Origin: Nitrospiraceae bacterium
GTDB taxonomy: Bacteria > Nitrospirota > Nitrospiria > Nitrospirales > Nitrospiraceae
Direction: 5' to 3'
NCBI GenBank assembly: GCA_050246315.1
Contig: JBFWWG010000005.1
Span: 160,001-224,000 of the forward strand
Length of the DNA stretch: 64,000 bases
Each line of letters begins with the position of its first letter. Positions within the stretch are counted from its first letter, which is position 1. A program made the translations under genes and the position numbers. Under the pieces are notes generated by a model, which was not told where the DNA came from, searched no databases, and saw nothing but the letters and a program-made list of their open reading frames with translations. This document shows positions 9,928 through 23,287 of the stretch, one piece after another.

Positions 9928-10253
9928 CTAGGCCACGTAGGTGATGTGGATCCGATCGAGGTACTCAACCAGTTTTGCGAGTTGCCGCTCAATACTGTCT
10001 CGGTCGCGCCTGGCCGCGGCCAGTTCCAAGGCAGCTCCGATGTCGCCGATGCCGTCGAATCCGTACCCCCCTCCGTCTCCCTTCATGCGATGTCCGAGCG
10101 TCTGAATCGTCGGGAACTCGGCCTGTCCCAGCGCGAGGCGGATCTTCTCAATGTCCTTCCTTCGATTCTCCAGGAATCCCGGAATCAGGTGCTTGAGCGA
10201 TTCATCAATTTCCACGCGAATGGGGGCCTGTCGGTCGCTCTGCATGCGCGGAT

Positions 10254-10260
<7 letters not shown>
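9928..10260 (-). CDS. Hpt phosphotransfer protein
   Basis: [13 protein letters not shown]pt motif; follows the hybrid kinase. Confidence 0.9.
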
Positions 10261-13277
<3,017 letters not shown>

Positions 13278-13361
13278 AGGCCTGTGCGCATGCCAAAATC
13301 CGTTGAGTTGGAGCCCGAAACCAAGCTGGTCTGTGGGGCGCGGCGAAGGCGAGCTGATCTC

Positions 13362-14333
13362 CTATGAGCCTCGGCGGACGAGGTTGCGCCCCTCTTCTTT
13401 GGCTTGATATAGGGCTTGATCCGCCGCACGGATCAGGTCGGTATGGTGCTTGTCACGTGAAGGGACTGTGCAGGCCATTCCAAGGCTGATCGTCACGCGG
13501 TGGCCCTTGGCGTCGGTAATGTCGAGGGCCTCGACCCGGCGGCGCAGCGATTCGGCGACTTGCGCGGCGCCCTCGGCGGGCGTGCCCGGAAGCACGATCG
13601 TAAATTCGTCCCCACCGTACCTCGCAACCAGGTCGCCGGGACGGTTGACTGCACCCATGAGCGCGTCGGCGACCTGCTTCAAACACTCGTCCCCGGCCTG
13701 ATGTCCGTGCGAGTCGTTGTATTCCTTGAACCGATCGATATCGACCATGATCAACGACAGCGGGGTGCTTTCACGGGCACCGCGGCGCCACTCCTGGTCG
13801 AGGAACTCATCGAACTGGCGACGGTTGGTGATGCCCGTGAGGCCGTCTAGGCTGGATAGTCTCAAGAGCATTTGATTGGCTTCCTGCAATTGCCGCATGA
13901 CCTCAAGCAATTCCTGCTCGCGGGATCGGCGGCGCTCGATTTCATGAATCAGCCGGAGTACCGACCGGACGCGAGTCAGGAGCTCCATCTTGTTGATGGG
14001 CTTCCCCACATAGTCCATAGCGCCAGCGGCGAAAGCCAACTGCAGATCAACAGGGTCGGTCTTGACCGTGACCATGATGATCGGGATCTCGCGCAACCGT
14101 TCCACTGCCTTGATTTGACGGCAGGCCTCGATGCCGTTCATCTCAGGCATGATGATGTCCATGAGAACCAGATCCACATGGTGAACGGATGGGGGTTGGC
14201 CGTCCAAACCGAGGAAGCGAAAGGCTGCCTCGGCGGACTCGGCGACCAACACATCGGTATACCCGGCCGACGTCAGGATCGATTTCAGCAACAGCCGATC
14301 GTCGGGAGAATCGTCAACAACCAGGATGGCCAT
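13362..14333 (-). CDS. Response-regulator diguanylate cyclase (REC-GGDEF)
   Basis: Receiver domain, DGLTG, RPGD I-site, RYGGDEF active site. Confidence 0.95.
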   Translation of the reverse strand: MAILVVDDSPDDRLLLKSILTSAGYTDVLVAESAEAAFRFLGLDGQPPSVHHVDLVLMDIIMPEMNGIEACRQIKAVERLREIPIIMVTVKTDPVDLQLAFAAGAMDYVGKPINKMELLTRVRSVLRLIHEIERRRSREQELLEVMRQLQEANQMLLRLSSLDGLTGITNRRQFDEFLDQEWRRGARESTPLSLIMVDIDRFKEYNDSHGHQAGDECLKQVADALMGAVNRPGDLVARYGGDEFTIVLPGTPAEGAAQVAESLRRRVEALDITDAKGHRVTISLGMACTVPSRDKHHTDLIRAADQALYQAKEEGRNLVRRGS

Positions 14334-14392
14334 CGGGGGCGCTCGCGGACACTATGGGGAGCAAGGTTCGATACCCGTCGGAATGCTAGCAG

Positions 14393-15073
14393 TTACTCCG
14401 GATAAACGCCAGGATAAAGCCGCTTGGCGCAGGGGAGGCAGAGTCCGTGGCTAAAGGCAGCCTCGGAATGGTCCTGGATGTATTCTTCGATCTGCTGCCA
14501 GTATCCATGGTCGTTACGAATCTTCTTGCAGCCTGCGCAAATGGGGATGAGCCCCCGCAGCACCTTCACTTCGGCGAGCGCACGTTCGAGCTGTTGATTG
14601 CGCTCCTTCAGATCATGCTCGCGGGCTCTCCGGCGGTCCATCTCCCGTTTCAGCGTCAGGGCGGAGGCCACCCGCGCTGTGAGCTCGATTGTATTCACGG
14701 GTTTGGTCAGGAAATCGATGGCACCTGCGGCGAACGCGTCCTGCAAATAGAAGGTGTCGGTCTTGGCCGTGACCATGATGATCGGGATCTCGTCCACGGA
14801 GGAGCAGGCTTTGATTGTCCGGCAGGCCTCGACCCCGTTGATACCGGGCATCATGATATCCAACAGGATGAGATCCGGCGCCGGCCCGGACTGGTTGTCG
14901 CGATCCATCCCCAATTCCTGGTAGGCCTCCTGAGCAGACCCGGCCAGACGTACGTGCGCGTGGCCGGCCTGCCGAAGGATGGTTTCAAGCAGGGCGCGCT
15001 GATCCGGCGAATCATCGACGATGAGGATGCTCATTGGGGGCCTCTGCGGCTGCTCGTTGCGTTGGAGAGACAC
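14393..15073 (-). CDS. Response regulator with C-terminal Cys/His (Zn-binding-like) domain
   Basis: REC domain, coiled coil, then PICAGCKKIR...SHGLCLPC. Confidence 0.9.
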   Translation of the reverse strand: MSLQRNEQPQRPPMSILIVDDSPDQRALLETILRQAGHAHVRLAGSAQEAYQELGMDRDNQSGPAPDLILLDIMMPGINGVEACRTIKACSSVDEIPIIMVTAKTDTFYLQDAFAAGAIDFLTKPVNTIELTARVASALTLKREMDRRRAREHDLKERNQQLERALAEVKVLRGLIPICAGCKKIRNDHGYWQQIEEYIQDHSEAAFSHGLCLPCAKRLYPGVYPE

Positions 15074-15153
15074 GCTTTTCGTGTGGAGTCAGGGCGATCG
15101 CAATCGATCGTCTGTACCGGAGCAAGTATAGCAGGGTCGAATGGTCGGAGGGG

Positions 15154-15600
15154 TCAGGTCAGTTTGGAACGGACGAGCTCACTCACCACTTTGCCGTCCG
15201 CCGGTCGTCCGCCAAGCTGCGCCATAACGGCCTTCATGACCGCACCCATGTCCTTCATGGTAGGCGAACCGAACTCCCGGATGACCACCTCGACCAGTTG
15301 TCCGAGTTGATCGGTCGAGAGAGCGTGCGGGAGATACCCCTCGATGATCGTGATTTCCTGGCGCTCCTTGGCAGCCAAATCCTCGCGCCGAGCCTTCTCG
15401 AACTGATCCACCGATTCGCGGCGTTGTTTGATCAGAGTGGCCATCACACGGCTCATTTCGGCATCGTCAAGGTCGCGCTTGAGTTCGATCTCGCGCCGTT
15501 GGATCGCCGCCTTGATCATCCTGATGACATCCATGCGCAGTTGGTCTTTGGCCTTCATGGCTTGCTGCAGATCGCGTGTGAGGCGGTCGGACATCGACAT
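15154..15600 (-). CDS. GatB/YqeY domain protein
   Basis: AMKAKD, KQRRES, YLP, MKDMGAVM, GRPADGK. Confidence 0.93.
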   Translation of the reverse strand: MSMSDRLTRDLQQAMKAKDQLRMDVIRMIKAAIQRREIELKRDLDDAEMSRVMATLIKQRRESVDQFEKARREDLAAKERQEITIIEGYLPHALSTDQLGQLVEVVIREFGSPTMKDMGAVMKAVMAQLGGRPADGKVVSELVRSKLT

Positions 15601-15798
15601 AGGCGGCCTCCTTGTATGGCGGCGATGGGAACCTCGTCACCTTAGCTAATCCCGGAATGGCCGTCAATCGGAGATGTCGATCCAAAGCGCCCTGTTCGTG
15701 GCGTTGATCCAGGACATGCAGTATGATTTGGTCGCATGCGGCATAGGGTGACCAACCCAGGTGATCAAGAAGGTTGGGGGCATCACTGGACAAGTTAG

Positions 15799-15862
15799 CT
15801 CCGGCCGTCGAGCGCAACGCAATTGGAGGGACGGCCGGTTCAACCGTGAGGTGGGAAGGAGG
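15799..15862 (+). repeat. Single variant structured repeat unit in a 5' UTR, ending at the Shine-Dalgarno
   Basis: CT-CCGGCCGTC...GACGGCCGG-TTCAACCGTGAGGTG..GGAGG, 4 nt before ATG 15867. Confidence 0.65.
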
Positions 15863-15866
15863 CGCC

Positions 15867-16097
15867 ATGGAAACCGGAGCCGACAGGAAGTGGACAGAAA
15901 CGAAATCGGGCCGCATTGTGATGGAGGGTTTGCTTGCACTCTGGCTGCTCACTGCGGTCGGCTGTAGCTCGCCGGAATCGGTCAAGGGGCTTCCACCACC
16001 CTCCAATCAGGATGTACGGGGGCACGCCGACAGCACATTCGACAAGCTGAAAGAGGAGGAACGGCAGGGGAGGGGTGGTACCCGGCCGATGCAGTAG
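15867..16097 (+). CDS. Small hypothetical lipoprotein
   Basis: RBS GGAGG; hydrophobic stretch ending AVGC. Confidence 0.6.
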   Translation: METGADRKWTETKSGRIVMEGLLALWLLTAVGCSSPESVKGLPPPSNQDVRGHADSTFDKLKEEERQGRGGTRPMQ

Positions 16098-16140
16098 CGG
16101 CTATCCGGCCATCAACACAACCGGGGCGCCAATCGATAGA

Positions 16141-17619
16141 CTAGCCTCGACTGCGAAGAAATAGTCGGTGGAGCGGCTGAAGGACCGGCAGATGGGCCAG
16201 AAGGCGACGTGGCGAGCAAGTGCTCTCCGTGCGAAGCTCCCGCAGCTTGGGCAGGAACAGGATCGCGACGACCAACCGTAATGAGCCGGAGATAAGGAAT
16301 AACAAGGGGAGGTTTGAGTCGACGGACCAGTCGATCCCCAAACCCGAGATCCGAGAAGGAAGCCATCCCGCCAACCATCCGCCAGTCAGGGCTCCGACAA
16401 ACCAACCCATTGCGTTGATCGTATTGGCCAAGGCGACCGCGCGCCCCTTGTCCTCCACCGGGACCGCATCGAAAATGTAATTTTGGAGTCCAAGCGAAAA
16501 GCCAGCCCAAATCATCCCGCCAAAAAGATTGACGCAGATCAGAAACGGAACAGAGCTGCTGAACAGATACAATGTGGGCAGGAGCGGCACAAGGGATCCG
16601 GTGATGGTCAGGGTCGCGGCGTGTCCACAACGGTCTCCCAGCCGTCCCCAGGCCTTGAGCGAGATGAATTGTCCTACCATCTGAGCCGCGAGCCACGAGC
16701 CGTACTCCACATAGCTCAGATGAAGGTCATGCAGGAGATAGACCACGAAGTACGGGCCGGCCAGCAGAGTCGCCGCGTGCATCAGGCCGGAAAAATAGAG
16801 AAACCGCCTAAAATCGGTACTGCCGTGGCGGATCAAGAGTTCGACGAACCCGGCTGGTTGAATGGGCGAACGTGGACACGGCAGGTCAGTCAAACGCCCA
16901 AGAAAGAAGGTAGAGAGCACTCTGCCTGTTGCGGCGAGGAGAAAGATCGCGGCAAAGCCTCCCCAGTCGAGGGACCATCGCTCGCTGATGTGGAGCAGAA
17001 GGCCGCCGGCGGTCAGGCCGGCGAAATTGGCCACTGACATGAGCTGGGCTCTCCGGCCGAAATAGTGACCGCGCAGATTGGGACCGACGATATCGGTGAA
17101 GAGACTGTTCCAAGCCGGGACTGTCATGTGCCCCAGAGCGGCGTAGAGGACCACACAAATGATGAACAGCGCGGCGGCCTGGTCCGTAAAGAGCAAGGGC
17201 AATGTGAAGAGAGGGAACCAAGCCAACGCCTGTCCCAGCGATCCGGAGATGAGCAGCTGTTTGCGGGAGAGATGCGACAGGGGGTGGCTAGCGGCGCAGA
17301 GCTGTGCCCATGTGCCGACCAACTGCGGGAGGGCGGAGAGCAGCCCGATTTGGAGAGGGGTGGCCTTGAGCAGCAATGCAAAGGCCGAGAAGTAGTGTTC
17401 ACCGATCCCCTGCGTGACGGCCTGGCAGAGGCCGTCACGGATACCGCTAGCCCGGTTTTCCTGCAAGTCCTTTCTGGTTGGGCTGAGCGAGCGGTGTAGG
17501 GAGTAGGGGGTTGGTGTGATGAATTGTTGTGTCGGTCTGTTGGAAATGTCTGTTGTATCGAATGCCGTGGCGTTGGGGGCATCCCGGGGAGGCTGATCTG
17601 TCACTGAGGATTGGTCCAC
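16141..17619 (-). CDS. MFS transporter
   Basis: About 12 TM segments, WGRLGDRCG motif-A-like loop; start uncertain. Confidence 0.88.
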   Translation of the reverse strand: MDQSSVTDQPPRDAPNATAFDTTDISNRPTQQFITPTPYSLHRSLSPTRKDLQENRASGIRDGLCQAVTQGIGEHYFSAFALLLKATPLQIGLLSALPQLVGTWAQLCAASHPLSHLSRKQLLISGSLGQALAWFPLFTLPLLFTDQAAALFIICVVLYAALGHMTVPAWNSLFTDIVGPNLRGHYFGRRAQLMSVANFAGLTAGGLLLHISERWSLDWGGFAAIFLLAATGRVLSTFFLGRLTDLPCPRSPIQPAGFVELLIRHGSTDFRRFLYFSGLMHAATLLAGPYFVVYLLHDLHLSYVEYGSWLAAQMVGQFISLKAWGRLGDRCGHAATLTITGSLVPLLPTLYLFSSSVPFLICVNLFGGMIWAGFSLGLQNYIFDAVPVEDKGRAVALANTINAMGWFVGALTGGWLAGWLPSRISGLGIDWSVDSNLPLLFLISGSLRLVVAILFLPKLRELRTESTCSPRRLLAHLPVLQPLHRLFLRSRG

Positions 17620-17813
17620 GGTACAGACGAGGGGGAGTGCGGTGAATCTATTGAGGTAGAGTGATCAAAATTGAATTATATCAAAAGCCAGCCAAGCCGC
17701 TTGGGGATTGTCGGGAGAGGCCCTATCGTCCGACTGACCGTCGTGGCACAATGGACAGAAGGTAGGAGTAACCGACTCCGCTAAGAACCGGGTCGATTGT
17801 TGAGAGGGATGCC

Positions 17814-18467
17814 ATGAAGAGATGGATATCACAGGATCGATCAGTTGAGACCGGCGATCGCCTGCGACTCTGTTTTCTGGGAATCTTGTCTCTGGTCGCA
17901 TCGCCGGGAGCAGCCACGGCGGTGGATCTGATGGCACCGAAGGAACAGCAGAATACGGAAGTAGATCACACGCAGTTGCAGGAATTCGACCAGCAGCGGA
18001 GGGGCACCCCACAGGCCATTTTCATTTGGATCAAATTGGCCGAAGCGTTCGAAGAGGAATGGGACAGCTTCGGGAGGAAGGGATGGTACACGCAGGACCC
18101 AAGGCTGAAGCCCGTCGGGGGCGGTAGCACGGTGTTCAAGCCCGACACCCCTATCATTTATATCGTATTCGAAGCGGCCCCCTTGGAAGATCCCGCGTTG
18201 TTCAGCGCCCAGTGGTTCCTGGAGGGAGAAGGCGGGAAATTCTCCGAGAACCCGATTGGAAAGGATGCGCTGGAGGTGCCGGGCCATTCGCGATATGGGT
18301 ATTTGGAACTGAAGAAACCCGATGGGGCCTGGCCCAGAGGCAACTACATGGTAAAAATCTACATCACACCCCTTGGCCAGCAAGCCTTCCATGCTGCCAA
18401 TCAGGTGGGGACCATGAAGTTCACCATTGCCGATCAACCTCCACAGACCGGCCAGACAAGACCATAG
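17814..18467 (+). CDS. Hypothetical exported protein (Ig-like beta fold likely)
   Basis: Signal peptide; WPRGNYMVKIYI. Confidence 0.7.
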   Translation: MKRWISQDRSVETGDRLRLCFLGILSLVASPGAATAVDLMAPKEQQNTEVDHTQLQEFDQQRRGTPQAIFIWIKLAEAFEEEWDSFGRKGWYTQDPRLKPVGGGSTVFKPDTPIIYIVFEAAPLEDPALFSAQWFLEGEGGKFSENPIGKDALEVPGHSRYGYLELKKPDGAWPRGNYMVKIYITPLGQQAFHAANQVGTMKFTIADQPPQTGQTRP

Positions 18468-18531
18468 CCACCTCCATGGTCTTGCGTTCGGTTAGCCATC
18501 CTTTGTAGAGTCACATTCTTTGAGGTATGTC

Positions 18532-18828
18532 GTGCCGATTTATGAGTATGTGGCGCAGCACTGTCTGCGTGGATCGCCCTGCTCCAAGCGATTGGAGTAT
18601 TTGCAATCGGTGACGGAGGGCCCCCTGGACTGCTGCCGCGAATGCGGTGCCGCGATACAGCGGGTGTTCTCTACCTTTGCGGCTAGGACCGGCGCGGTCA
18701 GTCCGTCGGCACCTGATCCAACCCCGCTGAATATCACCGGAATGCCGGCGCCATCTTCGATGCCGACCGCGGAAGGAGGAGGGGGCTGTGAGGGGCATGA
18801 TCACGGAGGGGGGCGTGATTCAAAATGA
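18532..18828 (+). CDS. FmdB-family zinc-ribbon protein
   Basis: (M)PIYEY...C...CRECG..IQRVFS signature. Confidence 0.8.
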   Translation: MPIYEYVAQHCLRGSPCSKRLEYLQSVTEGPLDCCRECGAAIQRVFSTFAARTGAVSPSAPDPTPLNITGMPAPSSMPTAEGGGGCEGHDHGGGRDSK

Positions 18829-18846
18829 AAAGGGAGATGGTAGGAG

Positions 18847-19131
18847 ATGGCCGAGCGTGTAAAGGAAATCGACCCAGAGAAGTTAGCCTTGCTCTGTGAG
18901 CGGTTTCGGGATGTCTGTCTCGTGGAGAAGGAAGTCTGGACGGAAATCTACCTCCCGCGCGATGTCAAGCAGGGACCGATCCTGACGAATGTACAGGTAC
19001 GCTACGACGTCGAAATTGACGATGTCCACGTCACGGATGTGCTCGAAGCCAACATTCCGATGGGCAAAGCCGCACTCGGTGCGGCGATCGAACAATACCG
19101 CAGCCATATCAGTTTCTATCGGAAGGGGTAG
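18847..19131 (+). CDS. Hypothetical protein
   Basis: RBS AGGAG; 94 aa, protein-like composition; co-oriented with the FmdB gene. Confidence 0.7.
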   Translation: MAERVKEIDPEKLALLCERFRDVCLVEKEVWTEIYLPRDVKQGPILTNVQVRYDVEIDDVHVTDVLEANIPMGKAALGAAIEQYRSHISFYRKG

Positions 19132-19157
19132 TCTGCCTGGTAGGGTTGAGGCCTTGG

Positions 19158-19775
19158 TCAGTCGGCCAGGGTCTTCTCGACATCTTGGACGATCTGGTCA
19201 GATAACGGCTTGGTTCGGTGATGGTACTTGGCCACGACGCTGCCGGAACGATCCACCAAGTATTTCTGGAAGTTCCATTCGACCTCGCCAGGAAACGGGC
19301 TTTCTTCCGTCAAATACCGGTAAAGGGGATGCTTGTCCGGTCCCTTGACGCTGATCTTGCTGAACAGCGGAAACGTCAGACTGTACTTCGTAAAACAGAA
19401 GTTCTTGATCTCCTGATTCGTTCCCGGCTCCTGTTGGCCGAAATTGTTGGCCGGAAAAGCCAGAATCTCAAAGCCTTGCTCCTTGAACTTGTCGTACATG
19501 GCTTGGAGATCCGAATACTGCGGTGTATTGCCGCAGAAGCTGGCCGTGTTCACGAGCAACAACACCTTGCCCTTAAACTGTCCGAGCGACAGGGGATGGC
19601 CGTCGATGTCATCCAGGGTAAAATCGTAGAGGCCGGTGGTCTTGGCCGCCATGACCATCGTTCCTTCCTGAGCAGCTTGCGCCCCGTTCAATTCAAAGAG
19701 ATAGCTGGAATTGCATCCTGCGACGAGTCCTGCACCGAGACCGAGTCCCGTCACCCATCGACGGACAGTAGACAT
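19158..19775 (-). CDS. Glutathione peroxidase family protein (Cys type), predicted lipoprotein
   Basis: VNTASFCG, FPANNFGQQEPG, WNFQKYL; N-terminal LVAGC lipobox; RBS GGAGGGG. Confidence 0.93.
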   Translation of the reverse strand: MSTVRRWVTGLGLGAGLVAGCNSSYLFELNGAQAAQEGTMVMAAKTTGLYDFTLDDIDGHPLSLGQFKGKVLLLVNTASFCGNTPQYSDLQAMYDKFKEQGFEILAFPANNFGQQEPGTNQEIKNFCFTKYSLTFPLFSKISVKGPDKHPLYRYLTEESPFPGEVEWNFQKYLVDRSGSVVAKYHHRTKPLSDQIVQDVEKTLAD

Positions 19776-19780
19776 GGCAC

Positions 19781-19840
19781 CCCTCCATACCAAGCTTGCT
19801 TCATCCGGCCGCCCATCGGATTCTTCTTTGCGTCTGGAGA
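19781..19840 (-). repeat. Single structured repeat unit in the GPx 5' UTR, ending at the Shine-Dalgarno
   Basis: CCATACCAAGCTTGCT (19785-19800) is identical to 26187-26202 at the tRNA-Pro 3' end. Confidence 0.75.
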
Positions 19841-19883
19841 TGACTCCTCCAGTGATTTCACCTTCTTCCGATGCTTGATCGAA

Positions 19884-20777
19884 TCAGGCCCGCAACTGTT
19901 GTAACGCCGCGATTCGGTCCTCAATCGGCGGATGCGTGGCAAACAAACTCATGATCCCCCCAGTGCGACCTGAGATCTTCATCGTCGCTAGCGCGTCTTG
20001 TTGGGCCGGCTCAAATTGATTTTGCGCAACCCACCGATCGATCGCGCGAAGTGCGGAGATCATCGAATCTTTCCCGTAGACCTTCGCTGAGAAGGCATCA
20101 GCTCCATACTCGCGGTGGCGGGAGAACCAACTGATCAGGATCGAGGCCAGGATGCTGACGACGATTTGCAGCACGAGAGAGAGACCGAAGCCCAGCGCGG
20201 CCTGATCGCGTTCCGCGAAGAAGCGCCTCACCCACATGGCGATGAAATACACGAAGGTATTCATCAAACCGGCCAGCACCGTGGTAGCGAACATGTCGCC
20301 GTTGAACACGTGGCCCATTTCGTGAGCCAGAACGGCTTTGACCTCCTCTTCACTCAGGTTGCGCAAAAGCCCGGTCGAGACCGCCACCATCGAGTTGTTC
20401 TTGCTGGGTCCGGTCGCGAACGCATTGGGGTCGGGGGATTCATACACCCAGACCTCCGGCATCTCGATATGGAGGCGGGCGGCAATCTCCTTCACCGATC
20501 CATAGATAAGCTGTTCCGCTTGCGTCCTCGGATTGGTGATTTGAGAGCAATCGAGCATGGCCCGAGCCATCTGCTTCGAGAACGCTAAGCTGATAAAGGC
20601 ACCACCGAACCCGAAGACCAACGCCCAGACCAAGGACGTGAGATCGACCGATCCCCGCACATCAATGCCGAACATCGGCAAGATCACGTTGATCACGATG
20701 GGAACCGTGATCGAGAGCGTCACCATGATCAGGATGTTGGCGGCGAGCAACAGCATGATTCCCTTCATTGACTTCAT
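19884..20777 (-). CDS. htpX: Zinc metalloprotease HtpX
   Basis: PNAFATG, AHEMGH, SRHREYGAD, THPP; RBS AAGGAGG. Confidence 0.95.
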   Translation of the reverse strand: MKSMKGIMLLLAANILIMVTLSITVPIVINVILPMFGIDVRGSVDLTSLVWALVFGFGGAFISLAFSKQMARAMLDCSQITNPRTQAEQLIYGSVKEIAARLHIEMPEVWVYESPDPNAFATGPSKNNSMVAVSTGLLRNLSEEEVKAVLAHEMGHVFNGDMFATTVLAGLMNTFVYFIAMWVRRFFAERDQAALGFGLSLVLQIVVSILASILISWFSRHREYGADAFSAKVYGKDSMISALRAIDRWVAQNQFEPAQQDALATMKISGRTGGIMSLFATHPPIEDRIAALQQLRA

Positions 20778-21074
20778 CTGCCTTATCCTCCTTCGCTGGA
20801 CCGCCGGAACTGGATGCCCGGAGCCAGCCGTATCGTAAACTTGCCAGATTATACTACAAGCACCGGGCATGTTCCTGAAGATTGCGCTGGCGTCCTTCGT
20901 GAGGACCTGAGCGTCCTTTATAGATAAGCCGGACCTCAGCGGAGGTCAATACCGTGAAATGTGTCATAAATCACGGGGTCGTGGTGAGAACGACAAGGTG
21001 GCAAGCTACGGCTCCAACCGCTGGAGAACCGCCCATCAGGTTGACCCCCGGAAGTCGTTTTGTTAGAAGTGCGC

Positions 21075-21527
21075 ATGGCTGCTCTGGTCCCACAGCATGG
21101 CGTTGTCCTGCTGCTGGTTGTGCTAGCTGGGGGTGCAATGGCGTCCGTTTCGGGGCAGTCCAGGGCAGAGGATGCAGCTCGATCTCCGAGCGTATCCCCT
21201 GTGGTCGCTGAGATGGGTGAGGACAATGTGCAACGGCTTACACTGACGCTCGACAGCTATTCCTATAGTCCAAGCTGGATTGCGGTCCAAGTCGGCAAAC
21301 CGGTCGAGCTTGTTCTAAAGAGTGTGACAGTGCTCACCCCACACAATTTTGTATTGAAAGAGGGCGGACTGTCCATTGACCAGGACGTAAGCGCCGGAGG
21401 CACCAAGAGTGTGCGATTCGTTCCCATGCAGACCGGGCAATTCACCTTCTATTGTGACAAGCAATTGTTGTTCTTCAAGAGCCATCAAGAAAAGGGTATG
21501 GAAGGCCTCTTGGATGTAAGGCCGTGA
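21075..21527 (+). CDS. Exported cupredoxin-domain protein
   Basis: Signal peptide; PHN...FYCDK...SHQEKGM gives a complete type-1 copper ligand set (H, C, H, M). Confidence 0.85.
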   Translation: MAALVPQHGVVLLLVVLAGGAMASVSGQSRAEDAARSPSVSPVVAEMGEDNVQRLTLTLDSYSYSPSWIAVQVGKPVELVLKSVTVLTPHNFVLKEGGLSIDQDVSAGGTKSVRFVPMQTGQFTFYCDKQLLFFKSHQEKGMEGLLDVRP

Positions 21528-22573
21528 CCATTCCTCCCGAGCATCCCAACAAGAGCCTCCTCCTCCGCGATCTTCTCAAGCAAGTTTCCCGTCTGTTCTA
21601 TACGACTCTGACAGTGGTGCCGCAAGGTGTCCGAGATCAGGTGAGTCTGGCGTACCTCTTTGCCAGAGCAGCCGATACTATTGCCGACACCGATCTAATC
21701 GACAGGTCCAAGAGACTGGCCTACCTGAAACAGTTTCAGAAGCAATTCGAGGGCGACAGTCTGGACCGGAACGCGATCCACGCGATCCAGAGGGAGATGG
21801 CTCCGCTTCAACAAGACTCGGCCGAACGGGTGTTGTTGCAGCGGCTGGACGACTGCTTCCGCCTGTTCAGCGAATTCCGGCCCGACGACCGGCAACGGGT
21901 GCAACGCCTCATGACCACGCTGACCAAGGGCATGGAGCTGGATCTGAATTGTTTCCCCGGAGAGTCGGCCATGCAGGTGACGGCGCTCAAGAGCCTCGAG
22001 GATCTGGACCGGTACACCTATTACGTGGCCGGCTGCGTCGGGGAATTCTGGACGGACCTGATGTGCGCGCACCGTCCAGCGCTGGCCGGGTGGAACGTCC
22101 GCGAGATGTCACAGGTCGGCATCCGATTCGGCAAGGGGTTGCAACTCACCAACATCGTGAAGGACGTGGCGCATGATCTTCAGCGCGGGCGTTGCTATGT
22201 GCCGGAACCGGTGCTCCAAGCGGCCGGCCTCACACCCCTCGATCTCGTCGATCCGGAGCGACTGCCACAATTCAGGCCGGCGCTCCGCACGCTGGTTAAG
22301 CTGGCCCTGTCCCATCTCGATCACGGGTGGCTCTACACGATGGCGATTCCGCGCCGGGAAATCCGTCTCCGACTGGCCTGCATGTGGCCGATCCTCTCGG
22401 CCGGCGAGTCGCTCAAGCTGATCCAGCTCTCACCCGACCTGTTGAATCCCGTAGTGAAGGTGAAGATTCCCCGCCGCAGGGTCTATCGCATGATGGCGCT
22501 GACCATCGGGACCGCCGGCTGCGGCTACGTCGGCACCGCCTATTGGTGCCGGCTCAGAAAGCAACTTGAATGA
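21524..22573 (+). CDS. Squalene/phytoene synthase family protein
   Basis: ARAADTIAD, YTYYVAGCVG, LQLTNIVKD, GRCYVP. Confidence 0.92.
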   Translation: MTIPPEHPNKSLLLRDLLKQVSRLFYTTLTVVPQGVRDQVSLAYLFARAADTIADTDLIDRSKRLAYLKQFQKQFEGDSLDRNAIHAIQREMAPLQQDSAERVLLQRLDDCFRLFSEFRPDDRQRVQRLMTTLTKGMELDLNCFPGESAMQVTALKSLEDLDRYTYYVAGCVGEFWTDLMCAHRPALAGWNVREMSQVGIRFGKGLQLTNIVKDVAHDLQRGRCYVPEPVLQAAGLTPLDLVDPERLPQFRPALRTLVKLALSHLDHGWLYTMAIPRREIRLRLACMWPILSAGESLKLIQLSPDLLNPVVKVKIPRRRVYRMMALTIGTAGCGYVGTAYWCRLRKQLE

Positions 22574-22588
22574 CGGCATCGCTGCGTT

Positions 22589-22786
22589 CTAACAGGGGCA
22601 TTGGATGCCGTTCAGCCAATAGAAGAACCAGATGCTCAGCGCCACCGTGATGTAGAAAATGGTCTTGCCCAACGTCGTTTCCCACTCGGGGACTTCACGC
22701 TCGCCCGAGCTGAAATCCGGTTCGTCTTCTTGATAGGTCGGCGTTTCCCAACGTGGGTACGGCTGAAATTTTCTGGCTGGTTCCAT
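22589..22786 (-). CDS. Small single-TM hypothetical protein
   Basis: RBS GGGAGG; acidic N-terminus, one TM helix, C-terminal CPC. Confidence 0.65.
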   Translation of the reverse strand: MEPARKFQPYPRWETPTYQEDEPDFSSGEREVPEWETTLGKTIFYITVALSIWFFYWLNGIQCPC

Positions 22787-23128
22787 GGTTCAACCTCCCG
22801 GGTACCCTCGTTTCAACCAGGTCGGTCCAGTTCACCTCCTGCTCTCTTCTGACAGCGCAACGGCGAAGTTTATGCACGTAGCACCTGCTTCGGCTGGTCG
22901 GACTGCCTATTGCGGGAAGAGGGAGTTCCTGTTGCGAGGGTAGGAACCGGAGCCAACGATCGCGCGCAAGGAATTCCGCTCGCGCAAGGCATGTCCGAGA
23001 ACGGACCTGCACCGTCTATGCTAACTCCACCTCATTGCCCTGGGCAAGGTGAGGGCAGCGCGCGGGACCGCCCCTTGGGATGCGGGGCACGTCAGGCTCA
23101 TGGGGGAGGCTGGAAATGGCAGGTCTCG

Positions 23129-23159
23129 AAACAGAAAAGGAGGGAGTGACGGACTCCCT
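23129..23159 (-). terminator. Probable intrinsic terminator of the ferredoxin operon
   Basis: AGGGAGT/ACTCCCT stem followed on the minus strand by CCTTTTCTGTTT. Confidence 0.5.
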
Positions 23160-23287
23160 TGAAGGCTGTCCTTTCGCGAGCCTGCGAGGGCAGCCTCGGG
23201 AAGCAATCCGGTCTCAGGGACAAGATCGAGTGGAGACCGGATGGTCGTGCTGCCGCGGTCTCGGGCCGTTCGATGGCTGTGGCGGCG

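Noticed and set aside
15664..15939. 91-aa minus-strand ORF upstream of yqeY
   Set aside because: Overlaps a repeat unit and a better-supported plus-strand gene; no RBS or motif.
19158..19775. Selenocysteine-containing glutathione peroxidase
   Set aside because: The active-site codon is TGC (Cys) with no in-frame TGA.
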